Shown here in pieces: positions 1 through 9,970 of a stretch of DNA of 20,000 nucleotides. A model generated the notes under the pieces. That model was given only the letters and a program-made list of their open reading frames with translations. It searched no databases and was not told where the DNA came from. The stretch's first letter is position 1, and every line of letters begins with the position of its first letter. The position numbers were made by a program, and so were the translations under genes. The DNA is from Chiloscyllium plagiosum (lineage: Eukaryota), in assembly GCF_004010195.1 (NCBI RefSeq), contig NC_057720.1:32234596-32254595 (forward strand), in the 5' to 3' direction.

Positions 1-1037
1 AGCTTTAAGTTATTCTGGAAAGAGAAACAAATGTCACCTTGTTTCCAGAAATGCATCATTGTTCTTCAGCCTTTCGAAGTTTCAAATCACTGGTCAATAT
101 GCTAACCTGTTTGCAGGTTCCAAATATTTTATATTGCCTTGTACTAAAGAGCGTTATGAACATGCCTGAGAATCTACATTGCAACTGATTTTGTTTCGCA
201 TTTTATTTCAAGAACATGTTAATACAAGCTGTCCAAACCTCCCGTGAGACAGAAAGAATAAGCCCTTCAGATAGAATATCTTGGAGGCTCTCTCATGCCC
301 AAACAGATCCTCCTGATGTACAATTATGTTCCACTAGATGACGTAGGCTCAAATGCAAACAACAAGTTGAATTTAGGTTTGGAAAATGCAAGAGAAAAAG
401 AAAGAAAGAGCTGTATTTTTAACATCCAAAAGCACCAACCCAATATTTAAAAGAGTTTCCTTGGAATGTAATGGTGTTGACATTGAAATGAAAGGTTAAA
501 GATACACAAATTTTAACTTTGTTCAAAATTAAATCAGTTATATACATTGTGTAGCTTTGTTTAAATACAAGTATTTGAGAACTCTTCAGACAATTTGTCT
601 TTCCAGACAGGCCCCCTCCTGAGAGTTTTCTGCAGGGAGCAAATGTTGAGCATATGGCTTAATGACTCCAAGAGGGAGTGATGTATCAACATATCAACTA
701 TTGGCCACTGTAGCATGGATTGATAACAATGTCCATTTTATTGAGTTGACACCAGGTAGACAAATAAAATAGGAAACCAAAGAAATAAAATGCCAAAATG
801 GCAAATCATTTCCCACTTAATCCTATTACATTAAAATCTTGATAGATGAATAATAGGTTTGTCAAGACATGTTATATTTGAATTGCCCTTGGATCACGAT
901 TTATAGTAAAACAGGAATAAACAGAGCCAATTGGCACCTCTTTATGGTATAACACAGTGAGCCATTCATTCAGAAATTCAATCCAAAATAATTGAAATGC
1001 TAAACAGTACAGACTATACACAAACCTGACTAGACTT

Positions 1038-1086
1038 CCACTAATCCAGAATCTGGTTTCCAGCATCTGCAGTCATTGTTTTTACC
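1038..1086 (+). mobile_element. Short terminal fragment of a Penelope-like element repeat
   Basis: CCACTAATCCAGAATCTGGTTTCCAGCATCTGCAGTCATTG overlaps the end of the PLE at 19010-19022 (CCACTGATCCAGA) and matches 10910-10927 (CTCCAGCATCTGCAGTCC). Confidence 0.6.
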
Positions 1087-1414
1087 CCTTTTAAAACATG
1101 CCGCTGCATCCTGCCTTGATTTGGTAGAAAATTGGACATACTAGATATTCTGCAGTAATTTGTGTTTATATAATACACTTTAATGTAATAAAAGCTGCGG
1201 GGCCTGCTGAGCTTTTCCAGCGATATCAAAGAAGATCAGTTTTAAGGCACTTGTTAAAGAAAGAAAATGTGTGGTGGAAAGGTAGAGAAGTTCTGGGAGG
1301 TAATTTTCAGAGATTACGATCTCTGTATATGAGTGATTAAAATCTATATATAACATCCTGTCATTCTACTTACCATCTAACTAATCTCACTGATAATTCA
1401 AGCCAAAGTTTAAA

Positions 1415-3325
1415 AAATGTATTCATGCTGAGCCAGCATTTATTGCCTATCCTGAATTGCCGATGAGAAAGTAGTTACAGGCCGCTTTCTTGAATCGCTA
1501 GAGCCCATTTGCTGCAGATACATCCATGTCGCTTTAGCACAGGAGTTCCCGGATTTTGACCTAGTGACATTGATATATTTCCAAATCTGGATAATAATCT
1601 TGGAGGGGAGTGAGCTGCTAGAGGTATTCTTATGTATCTGCTGCCATTGTCCTTCTAAGTCAGTAGTGGTCATAGCTTTGAAAGGTGCTTATAAAGACTA
1701 GTGAATTTCCACAGTGAATCATGTAGATGGTATATACTCCTTCTATTGAGCGTCAGTGGTGGACATGGTGCCAATATAGAGGGATACTTTGATCTGGATT
1801 GTGTCATGGTTTCTCAATGTTTTTGGAGGTGCACTAATTCAGGCAATCCTAATTTGTGCCTTGTAAATAGTGGAATGGCTTTGGGGAGTCAGAAAGAGAG
1901 TCACTTGCTGTAGGATTCCTAGTTTCTGATCCGCTCTTGTGTCCATAGTGTTTATATGGCAAGTCCAGTTGAGTTTCCGATTCGTATAACCTCCAGGATG
2001 TTGGTAGTGGGGGATTTAGTGACGATAATGCCATTGAATATCAAGGAGTATTGGTTTAAATTTCTTTTGTTGGAGTTGGTTATTGCCTGGCATTTGTGTG
2101 ATGCAAATATTACTTGTCAACTGTTAGCCAAAGCCTGGATATTGTCCAGGTTTGCTGCCTTTGGACATGGACTGCTTCACTGTCTCAATGGTGCTGAACA
2201 TTATGCAATCACTGGTGAACATACTCACTTCTGAACATATGATGCAGAAAAGGACATTAATGAAGCAGCTAAAAATGGCTGGACCTAGGACTCTACGCTG
2301 AGGAACTCCTGCAGAGGTATCCTGGTTCTACAACAAATACAGCCAGCTTCCAGTATGCTAGAAATGCAGAGTGTTTTCTATTGATTCCCATCGACTCTAG
2401 TTTCTCGATGCCACACTTAGTCAAATGTAGCCGAGATATCAATGGCAGTCACTTTGACCTCACCTTGGAATTCAGCTCTTTATGTTTGGATCGAGGCTGT
2501 AATGAGGTTAGGAGCTGAGTGGCCCTCGCAGACCTCAAGCTGGGCATCACTGAGCAGGTTATTGCTAATAAATCATTGCTTGATAGCACTGTTGATGACA
2601 CCTTCCATCATTTCACTAATGATCAAAAGTAAATTGACGGGGCAATAATTGGTTGGGTTGGATTTGTCCTGCATTTTGTATAAAGGACATGTCTGGGTAA
2701 TTTTCCACATTCCTGAGTAGATGGTATATTGTATCTGAGCTGGAACAAAGAAGTGGCAAGTTCTGGAGCAAAGTCTTAGTACTAGAGCGTTGTCAAGGCC
2801 AATAGCCTTTGCAGCTTCCAGTGCCTGGAGTCATTTCCCAATATTACATGGTGCAATTGAATTAGCTTAAAACGGGCATTAGTGATGCTGGTGATGTCTG
2901 CTTTGGATCAGCCTCTTGACACTTCTAGCTGAAACATTTTGCTAATACTTCAGCTTTGTCTTTTGTATTATTGACTGCCATTATTGAGGATGGGGCATTT
3001 ATTGTAACCTTGTCATCCAGTGACTGGTTTAATTCACTATTGCCACCAGAGTGGTAGGATTACAGAACTTAGATTCATTGACTGTAGAATTGTTTAGCAC
3101 TGGCTATTACTTGCTGCATATTCTGCTTGGTATGCAGATGGTGCTGTTTTGTTGGTTCAACAGTTTGACTCATTCTGTATGACTGGTGCTACTTCTAGTG
3201 TGTTCCCCTGCCCTCTTCCTTGGACAAGGATTGAGCGGCAGGGTACTTCTGCAGGACTTTGAAAGTAATGATAAAGTAGGAGTAATGATGGGCCATATTG
3301 CAGGTTGTAGATTGTGTTTGCAATC
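1415..3325 (-). mobile_element. Decayed, 5'-truncated CR1/L2-group LINE (RT region plus 3' tail)
   Basis: Minus-strand translation around 2400-2660 gives RT motifs with stops and frameshifts (NYCPVNLLLIISEMMEGVINSAIKQ, GHSAPNLITA, VTAIDISATFD*VWH). About 2930-3000 gives KDKAEVLA. The 3' tail GGCAATAAATGCTGGC is near 1430-1448. Confidence 0.85.
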
Positions 3326-3505
3326 AACATTTTAATAAAGCACTCATCTTAAATTCAAAAAAAAAATTATGTCTTACCTATGCCTATCCACATCTAATGT
3401 AGTTCCTGTGTGGGAAGTAACATCAATTTTTCAAAAGGATCCATAGCACAGTGGAACTTGTAAGTTACTGTTTCTTAGAGATTGGTCACAGTTACTCTTA
3501 TTGTT

Positions 3506-3631
3506 TGCAATATCTGCACAGAGGCTGGTACCCTGTTACCCAGTCATCCTTTATCTACATGCGCACAGTAATGGGCTCTGACCAGCCAGCTCAGAGCTAG
3601 TCCTTAGAGTCTCCTCATTCTAAATTTCCTG
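3506..3631 (-). mobile_element. Solo LTR, 3' half (R/U5-like), probably Gypsy-type
   Basis: Minus strand ends ...GCCTCTGTGCAGATATTGCA (terminal CA). Degenerate poly(A) signal GATAAA at 3550-3555. Left flank TTGTT (3501-3505) matches right flank TCGTT (7350-7354). Confidence 0.75.
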
Positions 3632-5348
3632 TTTTTTTTTTTTATTAAAAGAAATTACAAAACAATTTACAAATGTAAACATTTACAGCTGTACACAAGA
3701 GACAGCAATTTTACAAGGGAAAGGAGCAGCAAAACCAGACCCCAACCCCCACCGTTCAACCAGTTTACAGGGTAATGAGGACAAACCTCAAATCCCACTT
3801 TGAAATATGACAAGACAGTGACAATGACATTTGTACAGGAGACAATCCTGTTACATAAAAACAGTGCATACAATACAGACCCAGCAAGTCCCCATCCCTC
3901 CCATCTTCCGATCACTCTAAGGCAGCCCACCCCTACGCACCTTCTGGCTCTCTGTCCACCCCATGCCCCTTCCAGTTCTCAGTCTGCCATGACATACCTT
4001 TCGACCACCTCTAGGACAGCCCACCCCAGTACCCGCCCAGGGTGACAGCACTGAGGATGGCTACTCACTTTATGGCTCAGTCTGCCCCCATGTACCATTG
4101 GGCTCTCACCCACCCCGACATGCCATCCAGCCAGTGAGCTACCCTGGCACACCTTCTGGCCACCTACAGGGCAGCCTATCCCCCTCCCTGGGACAACAGC
4201 GTGCAGGGCAGTCCTCAAACCTTCCAGATCTCAACCTGCCCCTACGCACCTTCTGGTTCTCAACTGCCCCGACACACCCTCCAACCACCTCTAGGACAGC
4301 CTGTCCTAATTACCCCTTCTTGGGATGACAGCACTCAGAACAGCCTACCCACCATCTGGCTCTCAGGGTGACTGGCATCGAGGTGGCCTACCCACCCTCC
4401 GGCTTTTGGGACAGCCTACCAACCTTCAGCTTCACAGGATGGCCTGCACACCCTCTGGCTCTCGGGGTGACAGCTTTCAGGACAACCCATGAGTCTCCCA
4501 GCTCACAGCAAGACCTACCAGACCCAGGGACACAAGACAGTGCAGGTGATAGACCCAACAAAACATAACAGTTAATTGCCAAAACAAAGTCCTTTCTGGT
4601 ACACAGTCCAAATGAAGAGTCTTCAGAATACAGAGTCCATTCCCAGAAATGGAGTCCACTCCTGAAGGCAGGAAATGCACACCCCACAGCACACAGGTGT
4701 TCAGTCTCCATGGAGTCCTGGCCCAGCCTTGGAAAACCAGGCTCACTCACAGGAACATAATACATTGTACAGGTGCAGTTAACTCACAGGGGTTTGGTCC
4801 ACTCCTGAAAGAAAGGTCTGCTGCCAAACTCTAGGATACAGCAAGTTCTCTCCTCCCAGCACACAGGTGTTCAATCTTCAGAGGCCCAGTCCCAGGGCTA
4901 GGCCTCCCCACTGGACCAGCTCCTCTGGTTAAAAAAAAAATGTATGTCTTCCACAAGGGCTCAGTTCAAACACCAAAAACAGTGAGGATACATACAAAAA
5001 CAAAGAAAACTAGAGTCAAAAGGGCCAAGCCCTACCATAAAATTAACATTTTCTTTCCTTGAGAAAAGGACAAAGAGAAAAGAGTAACAGGCTGTAACCA
5101 GCCAGTGAAACAACAATCCCCTAATGAGAACTGAGTTACACCTGAAACAGTGTGCAACAGGAGTTTAACAATCAGTCCTCACTAAAAGGAATGCCAGTTA
5201 ACAAACTGGCTAAATAATTCAGCCAGTTCAGGAATCAGGTTTCCCCCTCCAAAAAAAAAGGGAAGCAGAAACTACCAGTAACACTGATTGTAACACCAGC
5301 CAGCATAGAGTCAGTCCCCTAAATTGAGGGGATTCAATCTCCTGCTTA
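3632..5348 (-). mobile_element. Copy 1 of a ~1.7-kb non-coding poly(A)-tailed element (putative non-autonomous Tx1/L1-like retroposon)
   Basis: T12 at 3632-3643 reads AATAAAAAAAAAAAA on the minus strand, preceded by a TGTAAA/T-rich 3' end. Colinear with 5394-7244 along its whole length. No recognisable RT or endonuclease ORF. Confidence 0.75.
3885..4490. repeat. C-rich degenerate repeat array inside copy 1
   Basis: Recurrent motifs CACCTCTAGGACAGCC, CCCTACGCACCTTCTGG, CAGCCTACCCACC and GGGTGACAGC. Confidence 0.75.
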
Positions 5349-5639
5349 TTTTTTTTAGAATGAGGAGACCTTCTGGATCTCTTGTTTATAAGATTTTATT
5401 AAACAAAATTACAAAATACAGTTTACAAAAAACAGTTAACATTTACAGCTGTATACAACAGCAATTTTACAAGGGAGAGGAGCAGCAAAGCCAGGCCCCA
5501 AACCCTACCGTTCAACCAGTTTACAGGGAGATGAGGACAAACCTCAAATCCCAGTTTCACATAAAAGGACAGTGACAATGACATTTGTACATAAAAGGAC
5601 AATCCAGTTACATAAAAAAGTACATACAATACAGACTCA

Positions 5640-6297
5640 GCAAGCCCCCAACCCTCCCACCTTCCGACCCCTCTAAAGGCAGCCCGTCCCTACCCACCTT
5701 CCACCTCTGTCCACCCCATGCCCTTCCAGTTCTCAGTCTGCCCTGACCCACCTTTTGACCACGTCTAGGACAGCCCACCCCAGTACCCACCCAGGGTGAC
5801 AGCAGGCAGGACAGCCTACCCACCTTCCAGCTTCACCAGCCACCTCTGGGGCAGCCCACCCCAGTACCTGCCTGGGGTGACAGTGCGGAGGATGGCTACC
5901 CACCTTCTGGCTCTCGGTCTGCCCCTACGTACCATTGGGCTCTCACCCACCCTGATGCACCATCCAGCCAGTGGGCTATCCTGGCACACCTTCCAGCCAC
6001 CTGTAGGACAGCCCATCCCCTTCCCTAGGACAACAGCATGCAGGGTAGCCCACAAGCCTTCCGGATCTCAGCCCACCCCTACGCACATTTTGGTGCTCGG
6101 CTGCTCTGACGCACCTTTCGACTACCTCTAGGACAGCCCATCCCGGGACAACAGTGCTCAGAACGGCCTACCCACCATCTGGCTCAGGGTGACTGGCATC
6201 AGAGTGGTCTTACCCACCCTCCAGCTTTCAGGAGGACCTACCAACCTTCAGATTCACAGGATGACCTACCCACCCTCTGGCTCTTCAGGACAACCCA
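5640..6297. repeat. C-rich degenerate repeat array inside copy 2
   Basis: Same motifs as 3885-4490, with an extra CAGCCCACCCCAGTACC...GGGTGACAG unit at about 5805-5885. Confidence 0.75.
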
Positions 6298-6411
6298 TGA
6301 GCCTCCCAGCTCACAGTAAGGCCTGCCAGACCCAGGGACACACAAGACAGTGCAGGTGATAGACCCTGGAAACACCACAATACAGTTAATTACCAAAAAG
6401 TCCTTTCTGGT

Positions 6412-6572
6412 ACACAGTCCAAATCTATACACAGTCTTCAAGATATAGAATCCATTTCCAGGAAGAGTCCACTCCAGTATACAGTGTGCATTGTCAGAAA
6501 TAGAGTCCACTCCAAACTACAGAGTCCATTGCTAAAAACAGAGTCCACAACCAAGGGCAGAGTCCACTCCTG
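6412..6572. repeat. ~19-20 bp unit tandem repeat (AGAGTCCAC core)
   Basis: AGAGTCCA variants recur about every 19-20 nt. The array is longer than the equivalent in copy 1 (4600-4665). Confidence 0.7.
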
Positions 6573-7244
6573 AAGGCAGCAAATGCACACCCCACAGATG
6601 TTCAGTCTCCATGGAGTTCTGGCCCAGCCTTGGAAAAGCAGGCCCACTTACAGGAACAGTGCATTGTACCAGTGCAGTTAACTCACAGGGGTTTGGTCCA
6701 CTCCCAAAGGAAAGGTGTTCTCCCAAACTCCCAGATACAGCAAGTGCTCTCCTCCCAGCATACACACAGTTATTCAATCTTCAGAGGCCCAGTCCCAGGG
6801 CTAGGCCTCCCCACAGGAATAGCTCCTATGGTAAAATATATATCTTCCACAAGGGCTCAGTTCAAACACCAACAAAAAGTGAAGACACATACAAAAAAAA
6901 AACCAGAGTCCAAGGGCTAAGCCCTACAACAAAATTAACATTATCCTTTTCTCAAAAAGAGAAAAGATTAACACACAGGCTGTAACCAACCAGTGAAACA
7001 ACATTCCCCTAATGAGAACTGAGCTACACTTGAAACACATTATGTGCATCAGGAGTTTAACAATCAGTCCTCACTAAAAGGAATGCCAGTTAACAAACTG
7101 GCTAAATAATTCAGCTAGTTCAGGAATCATGTATTTCCCCCCTCTCCCAAAAAAAGGGAATCAGAAACTACCAGTAACATACTAACTGTAACACCAGCCA
7201 GCATAGAGTCAGCCCCCTAAACTGAGGAGACTCTCTATCTCCTG

Positions 7245-7250
7245 TTTATA
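7245..7250 (-). promoter_or_regulatory. Putative LTR TATA box (TATAAA), also the insertion site of the tandem element
   Basis: TTTATA on the plus strand, about 100 bp inside the LTR 5' end and downstream of a CCAAT-like box. Confidence 0.55.
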
Positions 7251-7349
7251 TCAGTCAGCCAGGGCTTTCCTGATTAGACCAGGTTAACACCCGCGATCAA
7301 GGGTCTCATCGACAATGCGATATACCTGCCCCTCATTCCAATCACTACA
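7245..7349 (-). mobile_element. Solo LTR, 5' half (U3-like)
   Basis: Minus strand starts TGTAGTGATTGGAATGAGG (terminal TG), has a CCAAT-like CTAATCAGG, then GATATAAACAGGAG. Flanked by TCGTT, a TSD with one CpG transition. Confidence 0.75.
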
Positions 7350-8787
7350 TCGTTTCAGATACCTTTGTTTCCAAAATGGTTATTGTGCGTATTGTTAAAT
7401 ATTTTCCAAACAATTTTGCAGATCCAGTTGAAATTACGATTAGAATCTAATCAGTTACAATAATGCTAGGAACTTCCTCCAGCAAAATTAAACATAACCC
7501 AGCTCTGTTCACATAATATTGTAAACAGGATTCCTGTTTCATTTCAAACTACTTTCAATTGGAGCCGAACTTAACTTCAGTAAGACTGTGATCCTCAGTT
7601 CTATTTACCCACATTAGGGCAGTCATAAGGCCGACAAAGTGGAAATGTGATTGCAGGCAAAACGGTATCTTAGAAAGGATAAAGAACACTGCCATCATGA
7701 AAGTAGAGAAGCAGGGACAGAAAGAATGAAGTGCCAGTGATCTTGACTTAATGCAAGTTCCAGCACCAGGTTGTGTGCTGCCTTTTAAGTTGTAAAAGGA
7801 CTTGGTGCATTGAAGGCTGCTCAGAGTTTGAAGGTTGTGAATGTTGGTGGTCTCAGACTGTCTCTTGTATATTTTTCTATGTAAGTTATTTGGTTGTCTC
7901 AGTAAGTGTCTTTTTTTTGCAGATGTCTGTTTTTGAGAATGTATGTTTATACAAGTTCCACTGTATTAAATCAATAAAGTATAATTATGTCAAAATTATT
8001 GTATCTTTGGAGGTCCACTTTAAGCACAATTCAAGTACAACATTCGCGGTATGTCAATATTCATTCAAGCAAATTTAATGCCCCTGTTCTGGGGTATTCA
8101 GAACCTAGTCCTCTTACAAACAAAGACAAAACTATTCAGATAATATTTTATTTTTTTCAATTTTATTTCAATAATTTTTCTATTTAAATAAAGCTGACCA
8201 AGGGTTGGGCTATCTGCAGGGCAGTAAATGCATATTCCTATATGTTTTTTGTTAAAAATTATCCTATTCCCAATTTTAACCAGACTGATGATGGCAAAAC
8301 AAAAGGAGAATTAGGGCTAAGCCCTATTTCCAAATTTCTTCATTCAAAACTGTGTTATTACAACTGCCTGACTGCATACTCATTGTAAAATGTCGAGCCT
8401 TAATCAGAGAATGCTAGAAGTCCTACATGTGTTGTACATTAAAGCAATTCAGCCCATGTGCTTGGTCTATCATTCTCTTAGACCATTACTGACCCACATT
8501 TCAATTCCTTTTACCAACCTTTGCTCCACATGCCATGATACCATTATCTAGCCAAAACCACTGGATTAACATTTAGAATTGGGTTTGAATTCTTTCTAAT
8601 TTCAATCTAAAATTTCTCATGGCTGGAAGGATTCTGGAGTCTATCAGATGGAGTGTAATATCATGTAAAAACAACTTTATACTTTTGTTATCAAATGTAA
8701 ATACGTGTAATGGGCGTAGGTATTTAGATTCTTTTAGGAACAATATGCCAGAGCTATATAAAGAAGTCAAGGTTTATCACACAGCAG

Positions 8788-9359
8788 GGGTAGAATTTCA
8801 CAAAACTTTCAGCGGTAGGTTGGAAAGAGGCATGGGGTTGAGGCTGGAGAATGGGTAGGGAAGGTGAGATTGGAGTGTCCATTGTTCTTCTGATGACCAT
8901 GGATTTTATCAGCTGTCCTTCTTATCCACAGCTCACTAAAATGCTTGTTCCTGCTGCAACTAGAATTTGGCATGTGGCAAAGGTTGTCCTTTGTTGTATG
9001 GGGAGACAATTCTCTGAAATCTGGTGGCCTCCCTGGAGGCTTGTGGGGGCACCCTCCTGACTGGTCACTCTGTGATTCATAGAGGGTCTTCCAGCAACAA
9101 GACCCACCCTCCAAAGAAACACTCCCACTCACAGTTAACAGCATCCTTCCCACCTTATCAGGGTCTGCCTGATTGGCCATAATGGCCCCAACTGGGTTCA
9201 GTCCCAACACGGGGAGGATGTAATCTTCTAAAGGGACAGGAACCTTCTTGGTAGATTATCAAAGAATCAGATTGCATTTCCCTGAAATGGCCAAAACTGT
9301 ACTGCATCCAACTTTCTGGTATGTTTTCGGGATTTTGACACCCTGACAAAATTCAGCCT
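8788..9359. mobile_element. Putative PIF/Harbinger-like MITE
   Basis: Imperfect terminal inverted repeats GGGTAGAATTT ... AAATTCAGCCT with 3-bp flanks CAG/TAG. The interior is GC-richer and non-coding. Confidence 0.45.
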
Positions 9360-9403
9360 TAGGTACCTTCTAACTATTCACATAACCACAGCATATCACT
9401 GGA

Positions 9404-9853
9404 AATTGTACCAGCCTCCACCAGTTCCTCTGCCAGCTCATTCCATACACACACCACCTTTTGCTTGAAAGATTTGCCCCTTGAGTGCCTTTTAAATCTT
9501 TCCCCTCTCACCCTAAACCTGTGCCCTCTTGTTCTCGACTCCCCTACTTTGGGGAAAATACCTTGTGTATTTATCCTATCCATGCCCCTCATGATTTTAT
9601 AAACTTCTATAAGGTCAATCCTCAGCTTCTGATGCTCCTGGGAAAATAGCCCCAGCCTATTCATCCTCTCCCTATTGATCAAACCCTCTAACCCTGGCAA
9701 CACCCTCGTAAATCTTTTCTGAACCCTTTCAAGTTTAACAATATCCTTCCTATAGGAGAGAGACCAGCATTGCATACAATATTCCAAAAGTGACCTAATC
9801 AACATCCTGTACAGCCACAATATGACCTCCCAACTCCAAAGCTCAATGCTCTG
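9404..9853 (-). mobile_element. CR1 LINE ORF2 C-terminal fragment
   Basis: ORF 9374-9820 reads LYRMLIRSLLEYCMQCWS...KLERVQKRFTR...LGLFS...DLIEVYKIMRGMDR...TRGHRF, the typical CR1 C-terminus. Confidence 0.92.
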
Positions 9854-9854
9854 T

Positions 9855-9970
9855 GCTGGATAACTAAAGACATTAGGGTTTTTGTCAAGATAAACAAGGA
9901 AGCATACTTCAGGCTTGGACAGCAGAGATCGAGTGAATCCTTAGAAGAGTATAAAGTGAGTAGAAGTACT
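9855..9970 (+). mobile_element. CR1 ORF2 linker fragment in the opposite orientation
   Basis: Translates as WITKDIRVFVKINKEAYFRLGQQRSSESLEEYKVSRST, the region between endonuclease and RT. Confidence 0.7.

Larger units (their letters stand above)
5394..7244 (-). mobile_element. Copy 2 (~1.85 kb) of the same element, head-to-tail with copy 1
   Basis: The 3' end TTTTATTAAACAAAATTACAAAA matches 3640-3662 and the 5' part 6985-7240 matches 5095-5345. Many substitutions and repeat-number indels relative to copy 1. Confidence 0.75.

Noticed and set aside
607..755. AG/GT-bounded 149-bp segment on the plus strand (TTTCCAG|ACAGG...CCAG|GTAGA)
   Set aside because: All three frames contain stops, and the ATG-initiated peptide MTPRGSDVSTYQLL... 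is not recognisable. No supporting neighbouring exons.
6412..6572. Regularly spaced AGAGTCCAC motifs resembling a CRISPR array
   Set aside because: Units are about 20-bp degenerate tandem repeats with no unique spacers. The context is eukaryotic and there are no cas genes.
3667..6985. Cluster of 60-125 aa ORFs in the tandem element
   Set aside because: GC-rich repeat sequence. Frames are not preserved between the two copies and show no domain similarity.
8308..8330. Palindrome GAATTAGGGCT-A-AGCCCTATTTC sharing AGGGCTAAGCCCTA with 6913-6926
   Set aside because: A short self-complementary match with no flanking homology, and the nearby CTGATGA does not complete a hammerhead. Probably chance.
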